From assembly GCA_040754455.1 (NCBI GenBank), contig JBFMCP010000011.1:11463-75462 (forward strand): 64,000 nucleotides of DNA. The letters run 5' to 3'. This stretch comes from Nitrospirota bacterium. Lineage in GTDB: Bacteria; Nitrospirota; Thermodesulfovibrionia; Thermodesulfovibrionales; Dissulfurispiraceae. Under the pieces are notes generated by a model. It ran no database searches, was not told where the DNA came from, and was given only the letters and a program-made list of their open reading frames with translations. Of this stretch, positions 20,963-32,361 are shown piece by piece (the stretch's first letter is position 1; every line of letters begins with the position of its first letter). Made by a program: the position numbers and the translations under genes.

Positions 20963-21910
20963 TTATATCTTTACTTCCACGTATGCCTTTTCGCGCAGGC
21001 CCTTTACCCAGTTCCGGTATTCCCTGGTGAATTTCTCATTGAGCAGCTTCTGGCGTATCGCCTCACGTAATTCCTGAGGAGTCTTGTACAGCACTACATC
21101 ATTTACTTTGAGAATGTGCATTCCGCTTTCACTCCAGAACGGCTCGCTCACCTCACCGGCCTTCATGGTACTCAGCACATTGAGGAAGTCTCCGGACATC
21201 TCCGATTTCCGTATAAATCCCAGGTCGCCGCCGGCCCGTGCACTGCGGTCTTCCGAATAGGTACGGGCGAGATCGGAAAAGCTCTCCCCGGCCTTGATCT
21301 TTCTATAGATATCCTGCGCCTTCTCTTCAACCGCTTTCTTGTCGTCTGTTTTGCGCAGAAAGATATGGCTGATGGCAAAGCCCTCACTGTTTGCCGATGC
21401 CTCCCTATGCTCTGCAAGGTAGGCATCGATCTCTTTCTCCGTCACTAATACTTTGCTCCGCACCTCCTGATCTATAATGCGGCCAATCGTTATCTGCTCG
21501 GCGAGCTTCTTCCGGTATTCGGCAAGGGAGAACCCCTCCTTCTTGATCATCTCTTCGAACATCGCATCAGTCATGGCGTACTTATCCCTGATGCTCCTGA
21601 TCGCCGTGTCGACATCGCTCTTGCCTGCGCCGATCCCGGCCCTGGCCGCTTCCTGGAGCTGCAGTTTCATTTCGATGAGCGTATCGAGATACGCCATTTC
21701 ATTCTCTTTGAAGACCCTTCGCTTGTCTTCGGCTTTCAGGGCCTTTATTTCTTCAGCAGCATCAAATTCCATGCCCTTGTAGAGGTCGCTCCAGGTGATT
21801 ACCTCTTTATTGACGATGGCCATGATTCTATCGAGGACGATGGCACCCTGCACCGCCGGTGCGAGCCCAAGCATCATAATACATATACCCACGATCAACT
21901 TTTTACTCAT
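20963..21910 (-). CDS. SurA-like periplasmic chaperone / parvulin peptidyl-prolyl isomerase
   Basis: Signal peptide, DRIMAIVNKEVIT, SHIF, FSDLARTYSED.SA..GGDLG, GEVSEPF.SESGMHI. Confidence 0.88.
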   Translation of the reverse strand: MSKKLIVGICIMMLGLAPAVQGAIVLDRIMAIVNKEVITWSDLYKGMEFDAAEEIKALKAEDKRRVFKENEMAYLDTLIEMKLQLQEAARAGIGAGKSDVDTAIRSIRDKYAMTDAMFEEMIKKEGFSLAEYRKKLAEQITIGRIIDQEVRSKVLVTEKEIDAYLAEHREASANSEGFAISHIFLRKTDDKKAVEEKAQDIYRKIKAGESFSDLARTYSEDRSARAGGDLGFIRKSEMSGDFLNVLSTMKAGEVSEPFWSESGMHILKVNDVVLYKTPQELREAIRQKLLNEKFTREYRNWVKGLREKAYVEVKI

Positions 21911-22100
21911 AATCGAACCTCCCCTGCTGCTCACTGCTGTGTGTTGATTGCTGCTCCATTGCCGTAGAGAGCCGTCAAACCGTTATAAGACAACGGATAT
22001 TGTAGCATATTTGAAGCCATTATTCTCCGGGAAGCTCCGGGTGCGTCCTTTTGTTGCAGTATATAAGCAACATCAAAGAGAAAGGAATGCAGGTGACCGA

Positions 22101-23069
22101 TTATCGCTCAATGAGAGGAAGGACGGTTACAGGGTCTGAAGGGATGCTCTCGCTCTTCGGGCCCAGGGCGGTAATGTAATACGTGGTTTTTATACGCAGC
22201 GGGTCACGGTCGGTAAAGGCAGGGGTCACAGTCTCCCCGATAACGCTGAAGCCCTCCTCGTTGTCCCTCTTTCTATAAATGCGATACCCCCCGATCCATG
22301 TCTCGGAGTTCTCATTCCACAGTAGGTGGACCCTGTGCGGCGAGAGGGCATAATTAAGTCCCGAGGGTTTTGAGGGAACAAATGCATCAGGGTTGATCTC
22401 CAGTTGCCGGGAGGGAGCCCCCTCTTCGATCATGCCGGCGGTGAGCACGGATGTCACCACATAGTACACCGGCCTTTCCGTCGTGATAGCATCACGAAAT
22501 ACCGGCTCTTTTAAGGGAGCGCTGTTCAGGGGCGCCGGCGCGTAAACGCCCCTTTCAGCACTTTTATAGATATTATATGAAATCCCCTCGCCGACGCTTT
22601 TCCACCTGATTTCGACAATGTTATCGACAATCCGGTATGACAGCTCTGCGGGAGGGGGAGGCAACTTCGATGGTCGTACCGTAATCACCGGCGAAGGATC
22701 GCTGATCACGTCTCTAAGGCTATAGACCCGTATCCGGTAGAAGTAACTGCCGCCTGTACTGAATTCCTTGTCAGCAAACTGTGAAGCATCATTCTTCAAA
22801 AAGGCGATATTTCTGAACCCTTCTCTCGGGTCTCCCTCTGCTTTCTCGATATAAAACCCTTTAATCGTCGCCCTGCTTGCAGAAGGATATGACCATGAGA
22901 TGGTCAGTTCATCTTTGCGGTGTACCGCGTTGAGCGCGGTCACTGCCGGTGGCTTCTCAAAGGTCTTAAGAGTAGGCGCACCCTTTTTGCCGCAGCCGGT
23001 GATGAGCGCAACCTGTGCAAGGGCGACGGCGATATACATGATCATCCGCAGGAGGTAACGGCAATTCAT
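22101..23069 (-). CDS. Lipoprotein with fibronectin type III-like repeats
   Basis: Lipobox ITG-C GKKG.P; three beta-sandwich repeats (ISW..GFYIEK..YFYRI; IRW..YNIYK..YYVV; LLW..GYRIYR..YYITA). Start uncertain. Confidence 0.75.
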   Translation of the reverse strand: MNCRYLLRMIMYIAVALAQVALITGCGKKGAPTLKTFEKPPAVTALNAVHRKDELTISWSYPSASRATIKGFYIEKAEGDPREGFRNIAFLKNDASQFADKEFSTGGSYFYRIRVYSLRDVISDPSPVITVRPSKLPPPPAELSYRIVDNIVEIRWKSVGEGISYNIYKSAERGVYAPAPLNSAPLKEPVFRDAITTERPVYYVVTSVLTAGMIEEGAPSRQLEINPDAFVPSKPSGLNYALSPHRVHLLWNENSETWIGGYRIYRKRDNEEGFSVIGETVTPAFTDRDPLRIKTTYYITALGPKSESIPSDPVTVLPLIER

Positions 23070-23198
23070 TAGTTTCACCCTCTGAACCATTAATGCAGCT
23101 ATTATACCATTGAATAAAAGAAAAGAGAGGCATGCAGCGGTCCTTTCTTGCGTGAGCATGCACATACCGCAGGCAGCCCCAACACATAAGTCCTGCTG

Positions 23199-24575
23199 TT
23201 ATTTTCTGAGATCTCTTTTGAACCTTTTAATCTGTGCTCTGACAGACTGAGATGATGTGCCGCCAAAGGACTTCCTGGCGCTCACTGATGCGTGTGTACT
23301 GATAAAGCGGTAGAGGTCTTCATCAATAGCGGACGAAAAAGACTTGTACTCGTCGATGCGCACATCGGATAATGTTTTCTTCTTTTCAATGCAGTAGCGG
23401 ACAATCTTTCCGGTAATCTCATGGGCGGTTCTGAAAGGGATTCCCTTCCGTACAAGATATTCGGCTATATCCGTCGCTGTAGAGAACGCAGCATCGCCGC
23501 TCGCTTCCAGCTTTCGTTTATTGTAGGTCACTTTCGGCAGCATTTCGGCAAGCAACGCGAGTGTGGCCTTGACCGTATCCACTGAGTCAAAAACAGGCTC
23601 CTTGTCCTCCTGCATATCTCTGTTATAGGTAAGGGGCAGTCCCTTCATAATTGTTAAGAGGTTAACGAGATTGCCGTATACCCTGCCGGTCTTGCCGCGC
23701 ATCAGCTCGGATACGTCGGGGTTCTTTTTCTGCGGCATGATGCTCGACCCTGTGGTGAACGCATCAGGCAATGTTATAAACGAGAACTCTTCTGATGACC
23801 AGAGGATCAATTCCTCGGACATACGTGAAACGTGCATCATTATTATTGCCGCACAGGAAAGGAATTCGATCGCAAAGTCCCGGTCGGCAACAGAGTCCAT
23901 GCTGTTCTCGGAGACCGCATCAAAGCCCAGAAGCTCCGCAACATAGTGCCGGTCGATCGGCAGCGTTGTCCCGGCCAGCGCGCCTGATCCCAAGGGCAGG
24001 ATATTGATTCTCTTCAATGCATCTTCACAACGATTCCGGTCCCTGCGGAACATCTGCGCATAAGCCATGAGATGGTGCGAGAGGAGCACCGGCTGTGCCC
24101 GCTGAGTATGGGTGTAGCCGGGCATGACGATGCCGAGATACTTTTCCGCGCTGTCGGCAAGCACGGTCTCGAGCTCTTTCAGCAGCGAGATAATGGTACG
24201 CACTTCCGCTCTCAGGTAGAGCCTGATATCGAGCGCCACCTGGTCGTTTCTCGAACGCGCCGTGTGGAGCCTGCCGCCCACATCCCCGATCTTTGCAATG
24301 AGCGCCGATTCGATATTCATGTGGATATCCTCAAGCTCCTCTTTGAATCTGAATCTGCCCTCTTCGATCTCTTTGCTAATCTCCTTGATCCCCTTTACAA
24401 TCTTGTCCGCATCTTTTTTGGGGATAATGCCCTGCTTCCCCAGCATCTTCGCATGGGCAATACTTCCCTCGATATCGTATCTCCAGAGGCGTTTATCAAA
24501 GGAGATCGACTCGGTGTATTGCTCGACGCTCTTCGAGGTCTTCTCGGTAAATCTTCCCGACCACAGTTTTTTCAT
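23199..24575 (-). CDS. argH: Argininosuccinate lyase
   Basis: [47 protein letters not shown]. Confidence 0.96.
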   Translation of the reverse strand: MKKLWSGRFTEKTSKSVEQYTESISFDKRLWRYDIEGSIAHAKMLGKQGIIPKKDADKIVKGIKEISKEIEEGRFRFKEELEDIHMNIESALIAKIGDVGGRLHTARSRNDQVALDIRLYLRAEVRTIISLLKELETVLADSAEKYLGIVMPGYTHTQRAQPVLLSHHLMAYAQMFRRDRNRCEDALKRINILPLGSGALAGTTLPIDRHYVAELLGFDAVSENSMDSVADRDFAIEFLSCAAIIMMHVSRMSEELILWSSEEFSFITLPDAFTTGSSIMPQKKNPDVSELMRGKTGRVYGNLVNLLTIMKGLPLTYNRDMQEDKEPVFDSVDTVKATLALLAEMLPKVTYNKRKLEASGDAAFSTATDIAEYLVRKGIPFRTAHEITGKIVRYCIEKKKTLSDVRIDEYKSFSSAIDEDLYRFISTHASVSARKSFGGTSSQSVRAQIKRFKRDLRK

Positions 24576-24678
24576 GTATTCACCAATCGCATTGAGATTA
24601 CTTATGAATAGCATGCATATTATCGTGTACTGAGAAAAAAATGCAAGGGGACACGCATGACAACAGATGAGGATAAGC

Positions 24679-24717
24679 AAAAACGGAGGCAGTGAGATGA
24701 TCTCTCCTGCCTCCGTT
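24679..24717 (-). terminator. Intrinsic terminator after the EF-G paralog
   Basis: AACGGAGGCAG...CTGCCTCCGTT followed by TTT on the minus strand. Confidence 0.75.
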
Positions 24718-24734
24718 CTCATTTCAGAATAATT

Positions 24735-26828
24735 TTAGTGTTCTTCTTCCTTCTGCTTCTGGCGCTCTGCAATGATCTTCTGCGCAATATGCGCCGGCAC
24801 TTCCTCATAGTGGGAGAATTCCATCGAATAGAGGCCCCGCGCCGATGTCATACTCTGGAGTTGGTTGGCATACGTCAGCATCTCCGACATAGGGACCGTA
24901 GCAAGGATCTTCTGGTTGCCGCCTGCCTGGGGCTCCACACCCTGCACCTTGCCGCGCCGGGTGTTCAGATCGCCGATGACCGTGCCGAGCGTATCATCGG
25001 GGGCAATGACCTCAACCTTCATGACCGGCTCGAGCAGCACAGGCTTCGCATCCATAAAGGCCTTCTTCAGTGCCATTGAGCCGGCGATCTTGAAGGCCAT
25101 TTCCGAGGAGTCCACCGAATGGTAGGAGCCGTCATAGAGTGTCGCTTTCATGTCGATAATCGGATATCCCGCAAGGATACCCTCCTTCATGGTCTCCACA
25201 ATTCCCTTTTCAACAGCCGGACGGTATTGTTGCGGGATGACACCGCCGACGATTTTGTCGACGAACTGAAACCCGCTGCCTCTCGGAAGCGGCTCAATCT
25301 CGATCCAACAGTCGCCGTACTGGCCGCGGCCGCCGGACTGCTTTTTGTATCTGCCCTGCGCCTTGACCGCCACCCTGATCGCTTCGCGGTAGGCGATCTT
25401 CGGTGTCTTCATCACCACTTCGACGCCGAACTTTCTCTTGAGCCGCTCGAGAGCGATCTCGAGGTGGACCTGTCCCATCCCGGAGAAGATCATCTCTTTT
25501 GACTCTTCATCTCTTGAGAAGCGGAGGGTAGGGTCTTCCTCCAGGATGCGGTGAAGCCCGGTGCTCACCTTTTCCTCGTCACCCTTCGTCTTCGGCGCTA
25601 TCGCATAAGAAATGATAGGTTCCGCAAATTTGACCTGCTCCAGGACCAGCGGATGGTGTTCTTCGCACAGGGTATCACCGACATTGGTATCCTTGAGCTT
25701 TACCACTGCAGCGATCTCGCCGGGACCCACCGACTGAACCTGGACATGTTTTTTCCCCTGCAGATAGAACACCTGCCCTACCCTCTCTTTTGCGTTCGCG
25801 GTTGCGTTCAACACCGTAGAGTCCGCCTTCAGCACTCCCGAATAGACCCTGAAAATGGAGAGCTTGCCTGCATAAGGATCGGCAATGGTCTTAAAGACAT
25901 AGGCAGTAAGCGGGTCAGTATCGACCGGCTTTCTTTCTATCTCTTTTCCCTCTTTGGGATTAGTTCCCCTGATCGGGGAGATCCTGCTCATGTCCACCGG
26001 TGACGGCAGGCAGAGCAGCATGGCATCCATAAGCTGACGCACACCGATATTCAGGGTGGCGGCTCCGCAGGCGACCGGGATAAAACGCCGCGTCAGCGAG
26101 CCCTCACGTACTCCCTTTATGATTTCATCATTGGTCGGCTCTGTTCCTTCGAGATACTTTTCAAGAAGACTGTCGTCCGACTCAGCGATCTTCTCGACGA
26201 GCTTTTTCCGGTATTCTTCAGCACGGTCACGCACATCCGAAGGGATCTCGGCCTCAACCGTTTTTCCTCCTTCGGAGAGGTAGGCCCTCATGGCAATGAG
26301 ATCCACCACACCTTTGAGCTGCTCGCCCTCGCCCACCGGAATAAACAGGGGGACCCCCTCTGTTTCAAAGGACTTCTCGAGCTCGCTCAGGGCATTGTAA
26401 AAGTCTGCCGATTCCTTGTCCAACTTGTTCACAAAGACCATTCTCGGGATCTCGAACTCGCAGGCGTATTTCCATATCTTCTCTGTTTCCGCCTTGACGC
26501 CCGATATACCGCTGACAATGACGACCGCTCCGTCGGAGACCCTGAGACTGCCCCTCGTATCCTCTATGAAATTGATAAACCCCGGCGTGTCGATGAGATT
26601 CACCCTGTTGCCCTTCCAGTCGCAATACGCAATCGCCGAGGAGACGCTTATCTTTCGCGCAATCTCTTCCGGCTCGTAATCGGTCACCGTGTTGCCGGCT
26701 TCAACGCTTCCCATTCTGTCAATAACTCCCGCATTGAACAAAATGGCTTCGGTCAGCGACGTCTTGCCGGCGCCACTGTGGGCAATGATTGCTACATTCC
26801 TGATGTGACCCGTATCTACTTTTGACAT
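24735..26828 (-). CDS. fusA: Elongation factor G paralog (EF-G2 type)
   Basis: Full EF-G architecture (AHSGAGKT, DTPG, NKLD, KKQSGGRGQYG, GSYHSVDSSEMAFK). Non-canonical G1 motif and not in an rpsL-rpsG-tuf context. Confidence 0.88.
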   Translation of the reverse strand: MSKVDTGHIRNVAIIAHSGAGKTSLTEAILFNAGVIDRMGSVEAGNTVTDYEPEEIARKISVSSAIAYCDWKGNRVNLIDTPGFINFIEDTRGSLRVSDGAVVIVSGISGVKAETEKIWKYACEFEIPRMVFVNKLDKESADFYNALSELEKSFETEGVPLFIPVGEGEQLKGVVDLIAMRAYLSEGGKTVEAEIPSDVRDRAEEYRKKLVEKIAESDDSLLEKYLEGTEPTNDEIIKGVREGSLTRRFIPVACGAATLNIGVRQLMDAMLLCLPSPVDMSRISPIRGTNPKEGKEIERKPVDTDPLTAYVFKTIADPYAGKLSIFRVYSGVLKADSTVLNATANAKERVGQVFYLQGKKHVQVQSVGPGEIAAVVKLKDTNVGDTLCEEHHPLVLEQVKFAEPIISYAIAPKTKGDEEKVSTGLHRILEEDPTLRFSRDEESKEMIFSGMGQVHLEIALERLKRKFGVEVVMKTPKIAYREAIRVAVKAQGRYKKQSGGRGQYGDCWIEIEPLPRGSGFQFVDKIVGGVIPQQYRPAVEKGIVETMKEGILAGYPIIDMKATLYDGSYHSVDSSEMAFKIAGSMALKKAFMDAKPVLLEPVMKVEVIAPDDTLGTVIGDLNTRRGKVQGVEPQAGGNQKILATVPMSEMLTYANQLQSMTSARGLYSMEFSHYEEVPAHIAQKIIAERQKQKEEEH

Positions 26829-26852
26829 AGGCTCTAACCCCCTTCTGTATTT

Positions 26853-26930
26853 AAACTCCCAATCCCAAATTCTAAATTCTAAACCAATACCGGAAACAGT
26901 TTAGGATTTAGTACTTAGGATTTAGTATTT
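26853..26930. repeat. Palindromic heptamer repeat element overlapping the 3' end of the rseC-like gene
   Basis: AATCCCA AATTCTA AATTCTA ... TAGGATT TAGTACT TAGGATT TAGTATT. Confidence 0.7.
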
Positions 26931-27348
26931 CTTCTACTATTGGTACATCTTCCTTTTTGCTCTCATACCCCTTTGACCATAGCTTGATGATCAGAAAGGA
27001 GATGATAAACAGTCCGAATCCACCGATGGCAGAGGCGATATCCGGATCAAGAAAAGCAAGAATTCTGCTCAGATACTCCTTGCCGATGACCGCACCGACG
27101 ATGAGCATCAAGGCAGGGACACCATAGATAAGGGCGGTTCCTTTAATATAGGTGTACGGTCTGAAAGAGACCCTGACCGTATCGCCAATGCCCGCCTTTA
27201 CATCGTTTACGGCCTCGATCATCATCTCATTGGCTCCGAGCTTTTTGCAGACGGAGCCGCCGGGGCAGGATTCACAGGAGCTCTTTTTCTGCACCGCAAT
27301 GAGAGCTTTCGGCCCATGTATCTCTCTGACAACGCCAATTTCTTCCAT
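26908..27348 (-). CDS. RseC/MucC family protein
   Basis: MEE.G.V, SSCESC....VC, GDTV, ALIYGVP, two TM helices. Confidence 0.85.
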   Translation of the reverse strand: MEEIGVVREIHGPKALIAVQKKSSCESCPGGSVCKKLGANEMMIEAVNDVKAGIGDTVRVSFRPYTYIKGTALIYGVPALMLIVGAVIGKEYLSRILAFLDPDIASAIGGFGLFIISFLIIKLWSKGYESKKEDVPIVEEILNPKY

Positions 27349-27421
27349 ACCTCTTTTTATCCTACACTAAAGTCGTCAAGGCAGTAAATAAGCAGGCAGA
27401 AAACAGGCAAAATCACTGTGC

Positions 27422-28849
27422 TTAGGGCAGATTAAGCACCATCAACCGCAGCTCGGTCATCTCCTCAATGGCATACCTGATCCCCTCCCTGCCGAAGCCT
27501 GACCGTTTTACCCCGCCATAGGGCATATGGTCGACCCGGTAGGTAGGGATATCGTTAATGACCACACCGCCTACCTCGAGAGACTCAAATGCCTTGAAGG
27601 CACGCTTGATATCATTGGTAAATACCCCTGCCTGGAGCCCGTAGGCCGAGCTGTCCACCGCCCGGATACCTTCGTCAAAATCCTTGATCCTTGCAACCGT
27701 TACAATCGGAGCAAACACCTCCATGCAGCTTACCTTCATCTCAAGAGTCGTATCAGCCAGCACCGTAGGGGCATAGAAACTCCCTTCCCTCTTGCCTCCG
27801 ATCAACACCGTGGCTCCCTTCTCTTTAGCCTCCGCAACCCAGGCCTCAGCCCGTTCGCTGTTGGCAACATCGATCAAGGGACCGATATCCGTCTCTTCTG
27901 AAAGGGGATCACCCTGCCTCAGCTCGGCAACCAACGCAATAAACCTCTCCACAAAGGCGTCATATACCCGTTCATGAATATAGACACGCTGCACCGAAAT
28001 GCAGACCTGCCCTACATAGGAAAACGCCCCGGTGACACACCGCTTCGCAGCATAGTCCAGATCAGTGTCCTCATCGATAATGACCCCTGCATTGCCGCCC
28101 AATTCGAGGATCACCCTCTTCTGCGGGGGCACCTTTGCTTTCAACGACCACCCCACTGATGCACTTCCGGTAAAGCTGAACACCTTGATCCGCTCATCCA
28201 TCATGATCTTCTCTGCAATCCCGGTGTCGCTGGGGATCACGCTGATGCCGCCCTCGGGCAGCCCTGCCTCGGTGACAATCTCCCCGAGCAGGAGCGCTGT
28301 CGTCGGTGTTGCCGATGCGGGCCTGATGATCACCGGATTGCCTGAGGCGATTGCAGGCGCGACTTTGTGGGAAACGAGGTTCAAAGGAAAATTGAAGGGT
28401 GTAATACCGAAGACCGGGCCGGCAGGAAAGCGACGGGTGATCCCCCATCTCCCTTCGGAGAGAGGATTCCGGTCCAGCGGGATCATCTCTCCACCAATCC
28501 TGCTCGCCTCTTCAGAGGCTATTTTGAAAGTGAGAATGGACCGGTCGACCTCTCCCCTTGCATCCTTGATAGGCTTGCCGCATTCAAGCGTGATATTCCT
28601 AGCTATCTCTTCTTTTCTCTGAGCAAGAAGAGAGGAGACATTGGAAAGTATTTCAGCCCGCTTGTAGGAAGGGAGGGTTGCAATCGTTGCTTTTGCATTA
28701 TGTGCAAGCTCGATTGCTCTGCCCGCCTCTTCATTACCTGCGCGGCACACTTCAGCAACGACTTCATTATTGAAAGGATTGACTACATTAATTGAATCCT
28801 TTGTCTCGACCCTCCGCCCGCCGAGGAACACCGACCACTTTTTCGCCAT
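27422..28849 (-). CDS. Aldehyde dehydrogenase family protein
   Basis: ITPFNFP, SFTGS, LELGGN, GQVCIS (catalytic Cys), EVFAP, PYGGVK.SG.GREG. Start after GGAGG. Confidence 0.92.
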   Translation of the reverse strand: MAKKWSVFLGGRRVETKDSINVVNPFNNEVVAEVCRAGNEEAGRAIELAHNAKATIATLPSYKRAEILSNVSSLLAQRKEEIARNITLECGKPIKDARGEVDRSILTFKIASEEASRIGGEMIPLDRNPLSEGRWGITRRFPAGPVFGITPFNFPLNLVSHKVAPAIASGNPVIIRPASATPTTALLLGEIVTEAGLPEGGISVIPSDTGIAEKIMMDERIKVFSFTGSASVGWSLKAKVPPQKRVILELGGNAGVIIDEDTDLDYAAKRCVTGAFSYVGQVCISVQRVYIHERVYDAFVERFIALVAELRQGDPLSEETDIGPLIDVANSERAEAWVAEAKEKGATVLIGGKREGSFYAPTVLADTTLEMKVSCMEVFAPIVTVARIKDFDEGIRAVDSSAYGLQAGVFTNDIKRAFKAFESLEVGGVVINDIPTYRVDHMPYGGVKRSGFGREGIRYAIEEMTELRLMVLNLP

Positions 28850-29023
28850 ACGCCGCCTCCCTAAGGATTGAACATACTTTGTATATCTTATCATGTATTT
28901 ACCACTGAGCAAACGGTTACGTCTCTGCAAAGATGGCGAGAGACTCAGAACTGAGTTTTTTAAGGCTCCATGAGCAGCTTTTTGTTATAATTCAATATAT
29001 TGCATAAGGAGGCGACGGGCACC

Positions 29024-29509
29024 ATGGAAATGCTGTCTGCAGAGCACGTGGAGAAAATATGGGGGGAGGCTGCGGGCTTCTCTCCTCAACAGGCAGAGAG
29101 AGAAATGATCAAGATGAGTAAAAGCCAGCCGGACCTTTTGGCATTTCTTATGTCTATGAGCGATGGGCTTTCCACCGATGCGCGAGAGCTTGCCATCTGC
29201 ATCGGCTTCGTCGTATATAAAATGTTTGCTAACGCAAGAAGCACGATCCCGAATATCTCATCCGAAGAGATTATGGACAACTATAAAGAAAATCTGTTCC
29301 TTTTGGAAGATCTGAAAGGGTCACGCGTAAAAATTATCGATAGCATTATTAAAACCCAATCCTCTGATCAGCCGCATGTCATGAAGTATGTCATCGAGGC
29401 ACTTACCGAAGACACCGAGGGAGATGATATCAAGCTCACAGCAAAGGATACCGCCTCTCTCTTTATCCTTTTGAAAACGGTGATAGAAGTTCTTGATGAA
29501 AAGGGGTAG
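29024..29509 (+). CDS. Hypothetical protein (acidic, helical)
   Basis: Open frame with AAGGAGG RBS; no family recognised. Confidence 0.65.
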   Translation: MEMLSAEHVEKIWGEAAGFSPQQAEREMIKMSKSQPDLLAFLMSMSDGLSTDARELAICIGFVVYKMFANARSTIPNISSEEIMDNYKENLFLLEDLKGSRVKIIDSIIKTQSSDQPHVMKYVIEALTEDTEGDDIKLTAKDTASLFILLKTVIEVLDEKG

Positions 29510-29563
29510 AAAGTTACAAAAAGAGCTTGAAATTAATCGTCCTGCTTCGAAACACTAATCTCG

Positions 29564-31132
29564 CTACTCTTTTTCCTTCAGCAGCTTGTAATCAATGCTG
29601 TCCACCAACGCCTGCCAGGATGCTTCGATGATGTTTTCGGAGACGCCGACGGTGCCCCATTTGTGGACTTCATCGCCTGATTCGATGAGGACGCGCACGC
29701 GGGCGGCAGTACCTTTGCCTGCGGCGAGGACGCGGACTTTATAGTCGTAGAGTTTTACTTTCTTGAGCTCGGGATAGAATTTTTCGAGCGCCTTTCTCAG
29801 CGCATGGTCGAGCGCGTTCACCGGGCCGTTGCCGGTTGCGGCGGTGTGCTCGATATGTTTACCGACTTTGACCATGATGGTCGCTTCGCTGATAGGGGGT
29901 TCGCCCTCTTTCCGCTTTTCATCGATGACCCTGAATCCGATGAGGTCAAAGAATCTTCTATGGAGTCCCAGCGCTTTCTTGATCAGAAGCTCGAATGATG
30001 CCTCTGCGCCCTCGAACTGGAAGCCCTGGTGCTCCAGCTCTTTCATACTGTCGAGGATTCCCTGGACCTCCGGTGAATCAGCTTTCAGATTGATCTTGAA
30101 CTCCTGGGCTTTTCTGAGAATATTGCTCTTGCCGGCGAGATCGGATACGAGCACCCTCTGTGAGTTGCCGACGAGCTCGGGCCTGATGTGCTCATACGTC
30201 TCCGGCCTCTTCTGTATAGCGCTCACATGCATGCCGCCTTTATGGGCAAAGGCGCTGTCGCCGACAAAAGGCTGCCGCTTGAAGTGCCGCATGTTCGAAA
30301 TCTCGTTCACGTACCGTGACACTTCACGTAATTTTTTCAGATCCTCGCCGCTCACGGCCTTATATCCCATCTTCAGCTGGAGATTCGGGATGATCGAGCA
30401 GAGGTTGGCATTGCCGCACCGTTCGCCGATGCCGTTGATGGTCCCCTGCACCTGCACGGCACCGAGCTCTACGGCAATCAATGAATTTGCTACAGCACAT
30501 TCGGAATCGTTGTGGGCATGGATGCCGATCGGAGCCTTCACTTTCTTGCCGACGTCCTGGACGATCTTTCTGATCTCTGGCGGGAGCGTGCCGCCGTTGG
30601 TGTCGCAGAGTACGAGGCAGTCAGCACCTGCGTCCTGCGCAGCAAGAAGACACTTCACCGCATACAAGGGATTGTCTTTATAGCCGTCGAAAAAGTGCTC
30701 TGCATCAAAAAAAACTTTCTCGGCATGCTTTTTAAGGAAGGTAATGGAATCATAGATGATATCGAGATTCTCCAGAAGGGTGGCCTTCAGCGCCTCTTTC
30801 ACATGAAAGTCCCAGGTCTTGCCGAAGATGGTGATGACCGGCGTCTTTGACTCAACAAGGGCTTTTAGATTGTGGTCATCCTTCGCCTTATGTTTGGGCC
30901 GATGCGTGCTTCCGAAAGCGACGACCTTTGCGTTCGAGAGCGAAAGTTTTCTTACTTTCTTGAAGTAGTCGATGTCCTTCGGGTTGGAACCTGGGAAGCC
31001 GCCCTCGATATAGGGGATGCCGAACTCATCGAGCTTTTCGGTGATGCGCAGCTTGTCCTCGACCGACAGGGAGATGTCCTCTGCCTGGGTGCCGTCCCTG
31101 AGGGTGGTATCGTAGAGCTCGATCTTACGCAT
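29564..31132 (-). CDS. cimA: Citramalate synthase (LeuA-related)
   Basis: [78 protein letters not shown]. Confidence 0.92.
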   Translation of the reverse strand: MRKIELYDTTLRDGTQAEDISLSVEDKLRITEKLDEFGIPYIEGGFPGSNPKDIDYFKKVRKLSLSNAKVVAFGSTHRPKHKAKDDHNLKALVESKTPVITIFGKTWDFHVKEALKATLLENLDIIYDSITFLKKHAEKVFFDAEHFFDGYKDNPLYAVKCLLAAQDAGADCLVLCDTNGGTLPPEIRKIVQDVGKKVKAPIGIHAHNDSECAVANSLIAVELGAVQVQGTINGIGERCGNANLCSIIPNLQLKMGYKAVSGEDLKKLREVSRYVNEISNMRHFKRQPFVGDSAFAHKGGMHVSAIQKRPETYEHIRPELVGNSQRVLVSDLAGKSNILRKAQEFKINLKADSPEVQGILDSMKELEHQGFQFEGAEASFELLIKKALGLHRRFFDLIGFRVIDEKRKEGEPPISEATIMVKVGKHIEHTAATGNGPVNALDHALRKALEKFYPELKKVKLYDYKVRVLAAGKGTAARVRVLIESGDEVHKWGTVGVSENIIEASWQALVDSIDYKLLKEKE

Positions 31133-31140
31133 AATAAAAC

Positions 31141-32361
31141 TTATTTCACCTCTGCTAATTTAAAAGCATCATGCAATACGCGCACGGCAAGCTCGGTGTA
31201 TTTCAGGTCGATGATGCAGGACACCTTGATTTCCGAGGTGCTGATCATCATGACATTGATGCCGTGCTTTGCAAGAGTCTCGAACATCTGGGCCGCCACT
31301 CCGGAATGGGTCCTCATGCCCACGCCGACGATCGATATCTTCGCGATGTCCTCGCTGAGGTTGACGCCTTTTGCACCGAGCTCCCCGGCGATTTCTTCAG
31401 TCAGCTTTAATGCCTTCTTGCTGTCGGTCTTCGGCAGCGTAAACGATATATCGGCTTCCTTGCCGTCGCTGCTCACATTCTGGACGATCATGTCTACGAT
31501 GATGTTCGCATCCGCAATCGTCTTGAACAGCTTCGCGGCAACACCCGGCTTATCAGGCACCCCCCTCACCGTGATCTTCGCCTGGTTCTTGTCGTATGCA
31601 ACGCCTGAAACAACAACCTTCTCCATATCCTTATCCTCCTTGGTCACCAGTGTTCCGGGATTGTCGTTGAAGCTCGAGCGGACCACCACCGGCACCTCGT
31701 ATTTCATGGCAAATTCGACCGACCTCGTCTGGAGCACTTTTGCGCCGAGGCTCGCGAGTTCGAGCATCTCTTCGAACGAGATCTTCTCGAGTTTCCGCGC
31801 CTCGGAAACGATGTTCGGGTCCGTAGTATAGACGCCGTCGACGTCGGTATAGATTTCGCAGAGATCGGCATCCAGCGCCGAAGCGATCGCAACAGCGGAG
31901 AGGTCAGAACCTCCCCTGCCGAGTGTCGTTACATCCTCGCCTTCGGTGATACCCTGGAAGCCGGCGACGATAACGACATAGCCGTCATTCAGCGCCTTCT
32001 TCGCCCGTTCGGCGGTAATCTTCTCTATCTTCGCTTTTGTGTGGACGCCGTCGGTAATGATGCCCATCTGGCGTCCGGTGAGCGCCATTGCTTTGTACCC
32101 GAGGGCCTCGACCGCCATAGCGGTAAGGGCGCTGGTGACGCGCTCTCCCGAAGAGAGGAGCAGGTCCATCTCCCGTTCGTTCGGATTCGGCGATACCTGG
32201 TGCGCCAGGCCGATGAGTTTGTCCGTCTCTCCCGACATAGCGGAGACGACCACGGCTACTTTATTGCCCTGTTGCGCAGTTCTCACAATGCGCTCCGCAA
32301 CTGCCTTGATTCTCTCGGTATTGGCGACGGATGTGCCGCCATATTTCTGTACGATAAGCAT
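31141..32361 (-). CDS. lysC: Aspartate kinase
   Basis: [30 protein letters not shown], two ACT domains ending ISTSEIKVS. Confidence 0.95.
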   Translation of the reverse strand: MLIVQKYGGTSVANTERIKAVAERIVRTAQQGNKVAVVVSAMSGETDKLIGLAHQVSPNPNEREMDLLLSSGERVTSALTAMAVEALGYKAMALTGRQMGIITDGVHTKAKIEKITAERAKKALNDGYVVIVAGFQGITEGEDVTTLGRGGSDLSAVAIASALDADLCEIYTDVDGVYTTDPNIVSEARKLEKISFEEMLELASLGAKVLQTRSVEFAMKYEVPVVVRSSFNDNPGTLVTKEDKDMEKVVVSGVAYDKNQAKITVRGVPDKPGVAAKLFKTIADANIIVDMIVQNVSSDGKEADISFTLPKTDSKKALKLTEEIAGELGAKGVNLSEDIAKISIVGVGMRTHSGVAAQMFETLAKHGINVMMISTSEIKVSCIIDLKYTELAVRVLHDAFKLAEVK

